A DNA stretch of 64,000 nt, from the NCBI GenBank assembly GCA_030427255.1, contig JAUHWY010000014.1:10463-74462 (forward strand), read 5' to 3'. This DNA comes from Bacteroidia bacterium (GTDB lineage Bacteria > Bacteroidota > Bacteroidia > CAIKAF01). The notes under the pieces were generated by a model that was not told the DNA's origin, made no database searches, and was given only the letters and a program-made list of their open reading frames with translations. This document shows positions 1 through 9,122 of the stretch, piece after piece. The translations under genes and the position numbers were made by a program. Each line of letters opens with the position of its first letter. Position 1 is the stretch's first letter.

Positions 1-149
1 CCACAGACCACGAGTTCGTTTACCTGCTTTTCGTTAAAGACACGAACCGCGTTGATGGGGTCACCAACATATTCAGGGTGTACAAACTTTTTGGTTTTGT
101 ACACCCCGCCATTATAGAGGCCCAAAACAGGAATGACCCTATGGTTCAT
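1..149 (-). CDS. HisF2/WbuZ-like cyclase-fold subunit of a glycan amidotransferase (partial, runs off the window start; not in the ORF track)
   Basis: My translation from ATG 149: MNHRVIPVLGLYNGGVYKTKKFVHPEYVGDPINAVRVFNEKQVNELVVC. It has the YVGDPINAVR.FNEK signature of LPS-locus HisF paralogues and lacks the N-terminal catalytic Asp of true HisF. It directly follows a HisH domain. Confidence 0.85.
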   Translation of the reverse strand, partial: MNHRVIPVLGLYNGGVYKTKKFVHPEYVGDPINAVRVFNEKQVNELVVC

Positions 150-165
150 TGCAGTGAAATAAAGC

Positions 166-2142
166 TTACAATTGCGCTTGGGGTTGGTGTATCCTTCGCA
201 ATAAGGCTAATCCAAAGGTATTGCTTTTTTCCGGATGAAATTGAAAACCTGTAATGTTTTGATGCATAACGGCAGCAACCAAGGGTTCAGGATAATTGGT
301 ATACAACAAGATATGCTCCGGGTTTTCCGGTCTTACGGTGAAGGAGTGCGTAAAGTAAAAACGCATGCCTTCAGGATACCCTTGGTCTGTATGGTTTGGC
401 GCAGGGTAAACCTCAGACCAACCAATATGCGGCACTTTTACCTGTTGGCCATTGGGGTTTTGAGGAATACGGATGGATTTTCCGGGCAACAAACCCAAGC
501 CCGGCAAGGAGCCTTCTTCGCTGCCTTCAAAAAGCAGTTGCATGCCCAAACAAATGCCAATGACTTGGCCGCCCTTGTTTGCAAAGCGTTTAATGCCTTC
601 GCTTAAGCCGGTTTCGTTTAATTTTTCCATGGCCTTGTCAAAAGAGCCAACCCCGGGAAGGTATAAGGTCTCAAACAAGTCCAAATCGTCCGGGTGCGAC
701 ACCAGTTGGCTGTTGATTTTAAGCTTTCTAAGCATGGACTGCACGGCCTCTACGTTTCCCATACCGGCATATATGATGCCCACCTTGGCTTTTTGACCAA
801 CCGTTTCGGAATCTCCTAATCTTTGTACATGGCTTATGTCAAATCCTACGCTTTTGTTGAGCAGCAAATGAGAAAAATGGTAATAGTTGTGTAGGGCATT
901 AAACCGTTTCATGTGCAGGGAAAAGGAGGCCTTTCGCATAGACTGATATGCCTGCTCACTCATTTGAGTCACTCTGCTCAGGGCTTCTAGTAGGGCACTT
1001 TTGTTGCCCGGTTCAAACAAAAAGCCGTTTTCTTCGTGTACCAACAGTTCAGGCACCCCGCCTACACTACCACCCAACAAAGGAATGCCCAAGGAAGCCG
1101 CCTCCATCATAGACACCGGAATGCCTTCAAAAAAGCTGCAATTGATTAAGGCATGAGGCCGCAGCTCCGAAATGGTAGGAATGACTTTGGAGGGGTTTAC
1201 AAAGCCATGAAAAAAGTAGCGCACTTCCGGCTTTCCTTTCAATAGGGTTTCTGCCAACTCCTTTATTTGTTTTTCGTATTCCTCATTCCGGCCATTGCCC
1301 AAATGGTGCCATTCTATAGGGCTCCCTTTCCATTCGGCAAGCGCCTCAATAAGCAGCTCCAAATGCTTCACCCGATCAATGCTGGACAAGGACAAGAGCC
1401 TAAAGGGGGAGCTCAGCTCTGTTTTAAGCGCTGTTTGAGGCAGAACCCCCAGTCTTGCGAGCTTGAATTTGGAGGAGTATTTTGGAAATCGCTGCCAAAA
1501 ATGGGTTTGACCATGCTGAGAAATACAAGCGATTACATCTACATGCTTCATGGTGTAATCGCGGTAAGGCAAATAGTGGTTTGGATGCCTTTGCTCGTAG
1601 ACGTCGGCACCATGTGCTCTGGAAATACAACGGACAATGTGTCCTTTATCCTTCCATTGCGCCATTAAATAGGCTGCGTCGTCGCACCAATAGCTGTAAA
1701 ACACCCAATCTTTGGAGTCCTCCTTTTCCTTTTTAAACCAACGTTTCAGCTCAGCCGAAAGCTCCAGCACTTGAGCATCGTACATGAGCGCGGTCTTTAT
1801 GCTCAAAATATTAAACAACAGACCCTTGCTTTTTAAATCGATCCAAAAACGTTTGAAATTTTTGGGAATAAGCAGGTGAAGCAAGGCCACAAGCTTTGCT
1901 TTGAACCCGCCTTTAACAGGCACGTTAAACACCTTAACGCCCTCCGGCAAGGCAAAATGCGGAGGCTCGTCCGGCCTATTGGGAATGTGCCTCGGCACCA
2001 CCACCACTTGCTCGGCATGGAGTACCAACTCCTTAAGTTCCAGATGGAAAAAAGGTTCTCCTTTATAAAAGGGGTAGTCCTGAACAAAAACAATAATCTT
2101 TTTCGGCACGCAAACGCTTTTTTTGGTGTGGAAAGATACCAC
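166..2142 (-). CDS. GT4 glycosyltransferase fused to a C-terminal HisH-type glutamine amidotransferase
   Basis: N-terminal ~430 aa carry GT-B motifs (RAHGADVY, EGIPVSMMEA, GGVPELL). C-terminal ~200 aa carry the class I GATase motifs LPGVGSF, GICLGMQ, VPHIGW, FHPEKS. Confidence 0.85.
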   Translation of the reverse strand: MVSFHTKKSVCVPKKIIVFVQDYPFYKGEPFFHLELKELVLHAEQVVVVPRHIPNRPDEPPHFALPEGVKVFNVPVKGGFKAKLVALLHLLIPKNFKRFWIDLKSKGLLFNILSIKTALMYDAQVLELSAELKRWFKKEKEDSKDWVFYSYWCDDAAYLMAQWKDKGHIVRCISRAHGADVYEQRHPNHYLPYRDYTMKHVDVIACISQHGQTHFWQRFPKYSSKFKLARLGVLPQTALKTELSSPFRLLSLSSIDRVKHLELLIEALAEWKGSPIEWHHLGNGRNEEYEKQIKELAETLLKGKPEVRYFFHGFVNPSKVIPTISELRPHALINCSFFEGIPVSMMEAASLGIPLLGGSVGGVPELLVHEENGFLFEPGNKSALLEALSRVTQMSEQAYQSMRKASFSLHMKRFNALHNYYHFSHLLLNKSVGFDISHVQRLGDSETVGQKAKVGIIYAGMGNVEAVQSMLRKLKINSQLVSHPDDLDLFETLYLPGVGSFDKAMEKLNETGLSEGIKRFANKGGQVIGICLGMQLLFEGSEEGSLPGLGLLPGKSIRIPQNPNGQQVKVPHIGWSEVYPAPNHTDQGYPEGMRFYFTHSFTVRPENPEHILLYTNYPEPLVAAVMHQNITGFQFHPEKSNTFGLALLRRIHQPQAQL

Positions 2143-2178
2143 CCCCGTTTCAAATGTACATCATTAAAAAACATGTTT

Positions 2179-2331
2179 TGGCCCGCTTATCCGGCTGTCC
2201 CGGCAAGTCCTCGCGGCCAAAGGAAAAACCTCTAAGCGGTGCGGGGTCTTCCCGCAAAAACGGTCAGCCTCCACCCGCTAAGTGGCTTTAGCCTTTGGCC
2301 GCTCCGGGCTTTCTGTTCCATCCGGGCGGGG
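2179..2331 (+). repeat. ~150-bp hairpin intergenic repeat, copy A1 (Flavo-1/REP-like)
   Basis: Perfect 11-bp inverted repeat GCGGCCAAAGG (2213-2223) / CCTTTGGCCGC (2292-2302). CAAGTCCTC and CCGGGCTTT..CATCCGGGCG are shared with the copy at 35157. Confidence 0.6.
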
Positions 2332-2364
2332 AATCCCCACGCTTTTTTACTCTTTTTAGCCCAT

Positions 2365-3513
2365 TTATGCCTTGAAAAACGCATCCATTTGGGCACATAC
2401 CTTAAGCACCTCTTCTTCTTTTAAGGCCATATACAAGGGTAAGCGCAAAAGGGTTTGTGTATATCGGTCCGATTCGGGCAATTCCCTTCCATCGTGTTTG
2501 GGGCTAAAAAACGGACTTGCATGCAAGCTCAAGTAATGGGTTACCGCCAAAATGCGCTTAGATTTTAAAAAGGCCGCTAATTCCGTCCTTTCCTTTGCAC
2601 TCCTGCAAAGCACGTAGTACATGTGTGCGTTGTTGCCGCTGTATTCAGGCACTTGCATGCGTTTTAAGTAACCGGCTTGCTCTAAGGGTGCCAAGGCTTC
2701 ATGGTAAAGCTGCCAAAGTTTGAGTCTATGGTCCTGTATGTGTTTTAAATGTTCCAGTTGGCCATAAAGAAAAGCAGCCGTTAACTCACTGGGCAAAAAG
2801 GAGGAGCCAAGATCTACCCAGCCATATTTATCCACCTCTCCCCTAAAAAAGGCAGAGCGATTGGTTCCTTTTTCCCAAAGAATTTCGGCCCTATCTTCGT
2901 AAGATGGTTCGTTGATGGCCAGCATGCCACCTTCTCCCGAAATAATGTTTTTGGTTTCGTGGAAGGAAAATGCCGACAAAACCCCCAAGCCACCTAAAAA
3001 GCGTGATCCGTTTTGGTCCACATACACGTTATCTATGGCTTGGGCGGCATCCTCAATTACCGGAATGCCATGGGCTTTGCCAAGGGTCAGAATTTCATTC
3101 ATTGGGCAGGCCATTCCCGCATAGTGTACTACAACGATGGCCTTAGTTTTGGGTCCAATTAAAGCCTCAATGGAGGCCGGTGAAATGTTGGGGTTGTCGG
3201 GTAAGGAATCGGCAAACCTTAAGCGGGCACCTCGCAATACAAAGGCATTGGCTGTTGAAACAAAAGTAAAGGAGGGCAAAATCACCTCATCTTCCGGACC
3301 TAAATTCAACAACAAAGCCGCCATTTCGAGGGCGTCGGTGCAGGAGGTGGTGAGCAAACATTTTCCAAAGCCGTAGTGTGTTCGAAAAAAGCCTTGGCAT
3401 TTTTGAGTAAACGTTCCGTTTCCGGAGAGTTTAAGACTTTCTACTGCTTGCTGCATATAGTCCATTTCTGGACCGGCGAGGTAGGGTTTGTTAAAGGGAA
3501 TGTCAAATTCCAT
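2365..3513 (-). CDS. rffA: dTDP-4-amino-4,6-dideoxygalactose transaminase (WecE/RffA)
   Basis: IPFNKPY start, TTSCTDALEMAA, IEDAAQ, SFHETKN (PLP lysine), KGTNRSAFFRGEVDKYGW. Confidence 0.92.
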   Translation of the reverse strand: MEFDIPFNKPYLAGPEMDYMQQAVESLKLSGNGTFTQKCQGFFRTHYGFGKCLLTTSCTDALEMAALLLNLGPEDEVILPSFTFVSTANAFVLRGARLRFADSLPDNPNISPASIEALIGPKTKAIVVVHYAGMACPMNEILTLGKAHGIPVIEDAAQAIDNVYVDQNGSRFLGGLGVLSAFSFHETKNIISGEGGMLAINEPSYEDRAEILWEKGTNRSAFFRGEVDKYGWVDLGSSFLPSELTAAFLYGQLEHLKHIQDHRLKLWQLYHEALAPLEQAGYLKRMQVPEYSGNNAHMYYVLCRSAKERTELAAFLKSKRILAVTHYLSLHASPFFSPKHDGRELPESDRYTQTLLRLPLYMALKEEEVLKVCAQMDAFFKA

Positions 3514-3582
3514 AGTTCAGGCGAGCGTTTGGAGTCGGAAAGGTAGAAATCTTGCGTCAATTATTTAGAGAGCCGCTTGCTT

Positions 3583-4527
3583 TCAAAAACTGTCGCAATC
3601 GGCTAAGGAGAATTCCCAGCGGCCCTCACGCCCAAGGTCGGTTAGGGGATAAATGTACATGTCTACGCCATGGTTGGGACTAGCCAAGCCGGCGAAGCAC
3701 CGGGCCGCAAAGGAATTTTTTGGAAAATAGCCGAATGCGCGTCGAATGCCTAAGCTATGGAGCAGTTTCTTAAGTGCTTTTTCAAAGGATTCAGGACGAA
3801 CCTTGTGGTTTATGGGCTGCACGTCGGCTACAAACAATCCTCCATCGAGGCGAATCCACCAGTTAAACCCTTCAAAGCATAGGTGTCGGTTGCTTTCCAC
3901 TTGTTTGCTTTCGAAAAACAAAGGGTCCCAAACCAGACCGCCTATGTTGGGTTTTGTTGGTTTTGTATAAGCCTTTGGTAATACAAAGGGACTGAGCTTA
4001 CGTTCTAACTTTTGAAAATAGAGTTTTCGTACCGGTGAAAAGCGTGTTGCATAGCGGTACCAATCCGGTCCTTGCTGTTGGTACTCAAAGCGCGGCAAAT
4101 GCTCATGGAGTTTCCAGCCCAGCTTATGCACCATAATCGGAGCGGATTGCTGGTTGGGGGTAGAAAAAAGCAGCTCCATTCCAAGGCTTTGGCCCAAGTC
4201 CATTACTTGCTTAGAAAGCTGCACAAAGAGCCCCTTACCCCGGTGTCGGGGATGGGTTAGCACGTCTAGGAACTCACCCCCCCACAGGAGTTTTTCTTCC
4301 CATTGAAGTTGGCGAGCGACCAATGCCACAAAGCCGGCCGGAGCCTGATTTTGGTCAAGGGCAAGCAGGCCGATAAACCGAAACTCCGGTGGGGCGGTGC
4401 CATACTTTCTTAGGAAGTACCCTTCAGGGAAGTACAAATTCCGTGCCTCAGCAAAAAGGGAGTGCACTTGAGGTAGCCACTTCTCTGAGATTCGAACAAT
4501 GGTAAAGGCGTCTCCCGTACTTTGCAT
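3583..4527 (-). CDS. GNAT-family N-acyltransferase
   Basis: Acetyl-CoA-binding motif A: DVLTHPRHRGKGLF, followed by FSTPN. Confidence 0.75.
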   Translation of the reverse strand: MQSTGDAFTIVRISEKWLPQVHSLFAEARNLYFPEGYFLRKYGTAPPEFRFIGLLALDQNQAPAGFVALVARQLQWEEKLLWGGEFLDVLTHPRHRGKGLFVQLSKQVMDLGQSLGMELLFSTPNQQSAPIMVHKLGWKLHEHLPRFEYQQQGPDWYRYATRFSPVRKLYFQKLERKLSPFVLPKAYTKPTKPNIGGLVWDPLFFESKQVESNRHLCFEGFNWWIRLDGGLFVADVQPINHKVRPESFEKALKKLLHSLGIRRAFGYFPKNSFAARCFAGLASPNHGVDMYIYPLTDLGREGRWEFSLADCDSF

Positions 4528-5516
4528 TAGTTGAAATTCCGATACATGTCAAAGAATTGTGTGGCGGGGCTACCGCAATTGGAGATTTCTCTGCGGTTGA
4601 TGATGAAGGCATCTTGAGGGTCTTTGGGTGACCTAAGTTCACCTGCTGCAAGCAAATGGGAGAATCCTGCGGCGTAACAAAGCGGTTTTAAAGCTTCGTG
4701 GTATGACCCATCGGGAAAAGCTAAAAAGGGCACCTTGCGACCTAATAATTTTTGGAGCCAAAGGGCATGCATTTCCAATTCATTTTTTGCTTCGCTCAAA
4801 GGTAAGCTTCCCAGGTTGTTGTGGAAAGCGCCATGAGCGCCGATTTGGATTCCCGGCAAGGAGTCTAGGTCTTGAATTTCTTGGTCAGAAAGTAAGGCAA
4901 ACCATTCGGGTGATTCCTTATAATTAGCCAAGCGGTCGTGTATTTGAAGGGCTTTGGCCAATTGCTCTTTAAATTGGGTGTTTGGGTTTAAGTACCGTAT
5001 GTAGTCTCTGAGTGTACAAAAGGACTGTTCGTGGCGCAGGGTATCTTTTTGTCGGATGAATCGCTGGTTTTGAATTTCAAGTAGGGGGACTTTCCATACT
5101 TTTTCGGCGAGGTCTACTAAGTCGGACCAAATGAATGGGGAGGAAGATTGGTTTAAGCCGGTAACAAAAATGGTGGCGGGCCATTTTTTTTGGACCAACC
5201 AAGGAGCGGCAAGGTGGAGGTTGTTGGCAAACCCATCGTCAAAGGTTATGGCAAGAAGGGGTTTTTTGTGTTTTTTATCTTTTTCGTGAAAAAAAGTTTC
5301 GAGGTCAACGGGTTGGTAGTATTTGCCAAGGCGTTCCATATGGTTTACAAAAATGGAAAGGGGCAGTTGGCGCGAATTTATGTGGGCATAATTTGCTTTA
5401 GTTATGCCATGGAACATGATGCAGGTATTACCGGCGGTGTGCAGGGTGTTTTTAGGAATGCGGCGGGATGCGTAGTTGAAGGAGTCGCCCACCCTTTTTG
5501 CCAGACCTCGTATCAT
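4527..5516 (-). CDS. Polysaccharide deacetylase (CE4/NodB family)
   Basis: IMFHG, ITFDDG, ATIFV, IGAHGAFH, AFPDG motifs. Confidence 0.85.
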   Translation of the reverse strand: MIRGLAKRVGDSFNYASRRIPKNTLHTAGNTCIMFHGITKANYAHINSRQLPLSIFVNHMERLGKYYQPVDLETFFHEKDKKHKKPLLAITFDDGFANNLHLAAPWLVQKKWPATIFVTGLNQSSSPFIWSDLVDLAEKVWKVPLLEIQNQRFIRQKDTLRHEQSFCTLRDYIRYLNPNTQFKEQLAKALQIHDRLANYKESPEWFALLSDQEIQDLDSLPGIQIGAHGAFHNNLGSLPLSEAKNELEMHALWLQKLLGRKVPFLAFPDGSYHEALKPLCYAAGFSHLLAAGELRSPKDPQDAFIINRREISNCGSPATQFFDMYRNFN

Positions 5517-5629
5517 TTAACCTAGTAAATGGTTTGTGTGACCGAATATACGGCAGGGTTTTGAGATTTGCTCAGATTATCTAAAAGGGTGGATTGTTGT
5601 TCTTTTTTTGGAAATTTTTTATTGGAACA

Positions 5630-5777
5630 CCGGCGCCCCGACCTGAGCGGAAAGCCCGTAAAGTGGGACGGCCTACAGGCAAGTGCGAGGGCGGGGGCTC
5701 TCTAAAGAGACCCCGGGCTTGCCTTGCCTGTGGGCGGGCCACTGCGGACTTGCAGTGGAGGGCGGGAAAAGCGCCCC
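5630..5777 (-). repeat. ~150-bp hairpin intergenic repeat, copy A2
   Basis: Reverse complement starts GGGGCGCTTTTCCCGC..CAAGTCC and ends CGGGCTTTCCGCTCAGGTCGGGGCGCCGG, matching both ends of the 35157 copy. Internal hairpins are present. Confidence 0.65.
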
Positions 5778-5784
5778 TAAAAAA

Positions 5785-6100
5785 GCCAAGGCCTTATTGG
5801 TTCTTCTGGCATCGATGACTTTGGCATGCTCAAACTTTTGGCGTGCATGCGCTAGACTCTTCATAAAAGGATTCCCATTGTTTTGTGGCCAGGTCATTAT
5901 AGCCTACATCGTGGTTCATTTGTAGAAAGCTTGAAGATTTTTCAAAAATGCTTTGGGTTCAGCCGTTCCTTGGCTGGATAGACAATCAAATACCAGCTGC
6001 TTGGCTACAGCGGTATAATAGCAATGAAATCAGCCAGTTTAACCACCAAGAGCAAGTTTTAAATGGTCCATTATTAGGATTCTATGCAGCCGGCAATGTT
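5785..6100 (-). pseudogene. Degenerate IS66-family transposase (TnpC) fragment
   Basis: Three frameshift-separated minus-strand pieces: KQLVFDCLSSQGTAEPKAFLKNLQAF (~5996-5925), DVGYND, and LAHARQKFEHAKVIDARRTNKALAFLG (AHARQKF at 5852-5832). They are collinear with the IS66 motifs VFDY..R....P..FL, DGY.GY and C.AHARRKF. Confidence 0.55.
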
Positions 6101-6174
6101 TTACTCACGGTGTTCTTTTGTCCGATTGGGCCAGCATAAAAATTTCGAGAGGGGTCATTTGAGAGGAGAAATAA

Positions 6175-6182
6175 TAACTTTG
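6175..6182 (+). promoter_or_regulatory. Bacteroidota sigma-A -7 element upstream of wbqC
   Basis: TAACTTTG matches TAnnTTTG, ~95 nt before ATG 6276. A TTTG lies at 6158-6161. Confidence 0.45.
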
Positions 6183-6275
6183 CGTTGTTAATCTCTTTTT
6201 TAGACATCAAGTTTTCGACTGAATTGTTTTGCAACTTTAGGGCAAGAGCTAAGGGTTAGGAGGTATTTAGAGCAT

Positions 6276-6956
6276 ATGAGGGTAGCCATATTACAATCAA
6301 ATTACCTTCCTTGGAAGGGGTACTTCGATATTATAAGCAAAGTAGATCTTTTTGTTTTCCATGACGATTTACAGTATACAAAAGGTGATTGGAGAAACAG
6401 AAATAGGGTTCGAGGTCCAAATGGGCTTGTGTGGTTAACAATTCCTTGTGGCACAAGCGAAAAGCGGCTTATTTGTGAAGTTGAAATTATGGATTCAGCT
6501 TGGCAACAAAAACATTGGAACTTGTTAAATCAGTATTACAAAAAGGCGCCCTATTGGAGCAATTATAGGGGCTTTTTCGAATCTTTTTATTTGGGTAATG
6601 TTTGGAATAATTTGAGTGAACTTAATCAGCACTTAATAAAGGAAATTGCAACACAGTTTTTAGGGATTACAACACAGTTTGAAGATTCCAGGAATTATTC
6701 GTTAACCGGTAAGAAAGCAGGTCGGGTAGTAGAATTGCTAAAGAAGACAAATGCCAGCACATATTTATCGGGGCCAGCAGCAAAATCTTATTTGAGTGAG
6801 AAAGATTTGTTGCCTCATGGAATACAATTAGAATGGATGGATTATTCCAACTACCCGGAGTACGACCAAGGGATTAGTCCCTTTATGCATGAAGTTTCCA
6901 TAATTGATGTCTTATTTAATACAGGGCCCAATATGCGCAAATTTGTTATTTCTTAA
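6276..6956 (+). CDS. wbqC: WbqC-family protein
   Basis: AILQSNYLPWKGYFDII, HDDLQYTKGDWRNRNR, YLSGPAAKSYL, EVSIIDVLFN. Confidence 0.92.
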   Translation: MRVAILQSNYLPWKGYFDIISKVDLFVFHDDLQYTKGDWRNRNRVRGPNGLVWLTIPCGTSEKRLICEVEIMDSAWQQKHWNLLNQYYKKAPYWSNYRGFFESFYLGNVWNNLSELNQHLIKEIATQFLGITTQFEDSRNYSLTGKKAGRVVELLKKTNASTYLSGPAAKSYLSEKDLLPHGIQLEWMDYSNYPEYDQGISPFMHEVSIIDVLFNTGPNMRKFVIS

Positions 6957-7169
6957 TTTAAGGTGGTGTATAAAAAGGTGTTTTAAAAGAGAAGGAGATC
7001 TCCTCAAGTGTGCGAAAAATGTCTCAAAACACAAATTTTCCTGTCTATTTCATAGGATAAAGGCACACAAACATTTTTCGCCTTAATTTGTCATGCAAAC
7101 GCAGTGCATCAAGAGAGTGGGGATATTAAATTTTTAATGTAACTATATCAAGAAATACGGTTAGAGTTC

Positions 7170-7859
7170 TCATTTTGTTGGTATTAGGCCTTCATTGGCT
7201 TGATTAAGATAGTGGTTAAAAACCGGATACCCTGGCGCGAAAGAAATGTCTTTATGTAAGCAAAGAGCAAATTCAAAGGGCATGTAATCGTTTCTAAGAA
7301 TAACGTTGTTGCCCAGATTATATGCTAAAGCGAGTATTTTCTCGGGGCTATTGTGAAAAGTGTGTTCATGCCTGTAATCAACTTTGTCGGACAAAAAGTC
7401 AAATGCAAGGCCCTCTTTGGCAATATTCCAAGCTTTAGTCATAACAGCTTCAACAAATTCGAGGTTGTTTCCACTTGGCAATTTGTGGTTAAATATTCCA
7501 GAAGCAAGAACAATGTCAGCAGAATCTATTCTAGTTTCAAGGAAATCGCCTTCAATAAACTTGGCAGAATCGTTGGAATAGATTTCTTGAGCTTTTAGTA
7601 TGAATTCTGGTGTAATATCAATGCCAATGTATTGAAAATGGACATTTACGTTTTTGTAAATAAATTGGAATAAGTCTCCAAATCCACAGCCAATATCGAG
7701 AATGGTTTTATTGGAGAATTGGCTGAAAAAAGAAGTAAGTATTTTAAATCTAATTTCTTGCCGACCGTTTTCCCAACCTAAGGCCTTAGGGGAATAGCCA
7801 AATTTTTTATATGATTCAGTATATTTTTTTATAATGTCTCCTTTATCTAACTCTTTCAT
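7170..7859 (-). CDS. Class I SAM-dependent methyltransferase
   Basis: ILDIGCGFGD motif I. Paralogue of 26191-26844. Confidence 0.88.
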   Translation of the reverse strand: MKELDKGDIIKKYTESYKKFGYSPKALGWENGRQEIRFKILTSFFSQFSNKTILDIGCGFGDLFQFIYKNVNVHFQYIGIDITPEFILKAQEIYSNDSAKFIEGDFLETRIDSADIVLASGIFNHKLPSGNNLEFVEAVMTKAWNIAKEGLAFDFLSDKVDYRHEHTFHNSPEKILALAYNLGNNVILRNDYMPFEFALCLHKDISFAPGYPVFNHYLNQANEGLIPTK

Positions 7860-7873
7860 AACATGGATTTTTA

Positions 7874-8437
7874 TTAGAAGACAGACCCTTCTTTAACGGA
7901 TGTGTTTTCGGGCAGGTTTTGATAGGGCTTCACCACGGAGTTCATTCCTATTTTGCAAAATGATTCTATGGTGGTGTAGCCACCAACAGAAGAGTTTGGG
8001 CTAAAAAAGCAAAAATCTTTAATAGAGTTATGGTGTGTAATGGAAACACTAGGAAAAATAATATTGTGGTTTCCGAGTGATACTTCGGAACCTATATACG
8101 CTCCAGCATGGATTAAGTTACCGTTTCCAAGATTTGCCGATGGCATAATGTGAGAATTTGGATCAATAATGTTGATAAACTTGGCGGACGAACCGGCTAG
8201 ATTTTGTACTATAGAATGCCTAGCGGAGTTATCGCCAACTGCAACAAAAACTAATTGGTTTGAGGAGTGGCAGCGCCGAATCAAATCTGATATTTTGCCG
8301 AGCACCGGTTTTCCAGCAAAGGAGCCTTCTGAATTAAGGTCGTCGAAAAAACCACTGCAGTAAAGACCAGCCCTGTTAGAAATCTCGAGGGCTATTTCGC
8401 CCAAAGTACTTGCACCGAAAATCACAAATTTCACCAT
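7874..8437 (-). CDS. PglD/NeuD-like hexapeptide-repeat acetyltransferase
   Basis: N-terminal IFGAS..G, FVAVGDNSAR, then left-handed beta-helix repeats (LGNGNLI, LGNHNII, IKDFCFF, IESFCKIG). Confidence 0.85.
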   Translation of the reverse strand: MVKFVIFGASTLGEIALEISNRAGLYCSGFFDDLNSEGSFAGKPVLGKISDLIRRCHSSNQLVFVAVGDNSARHSIVQNLAGSSAKFINIIDPNSHIMPSANLGNGNLIHAGAYIGSEVSLGNHNIIFPSVSITHHNSIKDFCFFSPNSSVGGYTTIESFCKIGMNSVVKPYQNLPENTSVKEGSVF

Positions 8438-9114
8438 ACGAATTTATTTTTTATATACTCCTCGAGTCTTTTGTGATAGCTATTTTTCTTGATGGAGTTG
8501 ATTAGCCAGCTTGGTTTAATATTAAAAAAGACGTGTTCTCCTTTTTGGGTTTTGGTGTCAAAAATTAGGAAGGAAGCTTTACCGTCTTTTGTTACGGGAA
8601 AACCAGCAGATCCCGGGTTATAATATTGTGTAGTTTTACCTTTTATTGCCAATGGAAAATGGGTATGGCCAAAGAAAACTACGTCGTAAAGCCCATACAA
8701 AAGGTCTAAACTTTTTAAGTTAAAAAGGTATTTGTTGGCATCAATTCTTGCTTCTTGGCTTAAAAAGTGTGTTAGGAAAATTGAACAGTTTTCGAGGTTA
8801 AGGGACAAATGCTCCGTTGTGTTTAGGAGGTATGTCCGATTAATAGGGGAAATTTGTTTTCGCTGCAAATCGATGGAGTGGTTGGCAGTAAACGAAGTAA
8901 ACTTTAAGGTGGGGTTCAGTAATGCTTCCTCGTGGTCTCCTTGAACAAAATAGGGCTTTTCGAACCTTTGCCAATCGATCACTTCGTTTACTCCCGGGAA
9001 CAGACCTACGGAATCTCCAAGGCAAATCCATTTTTCGACATTGCCTGCGCATTCAATCATTTGATTGAGCGCAGGCCAGTTTGAATGTAAATCTGAATAA
9101 ACTCCAACTAACAT
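8431..9114 (-). CDS. Calcineurin-like metallophosphoesterase (YfcE-like)
   Basis: SDLHSN, GDSVG, GDHE, FGHTH, NPGSAG motifs. Confidence 0.85.
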   Translation of the reverse strand: MLVGVYSDLHSNWPALNQMIECAGNVEKWICLGDSVGLFPGVNEVIDWQRFEKPYFVQGDHEEALLNPTLKFTSFTANHSIDLQRKQISPINRTYLLNTTEHLSLNLENCSIFLTHFLSQEARIDANKYLFNLKSLDLLYGLYDVVFFGHTHFPLAIKGKTTQYYNPGSAGFPVTKDGKASFLIFDTKTQKGEHVFFNIKPSWLINSIKKNSYHKRLEEYIKNKFVW

Positions 9115-9122
9115 ACGTTTTT

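Noticed and set aside
5948-6139. 63-aa plus-strand ORF upstream of wbqC
   Set aside because: Antisense to the IS66 relic; no recognisable features.
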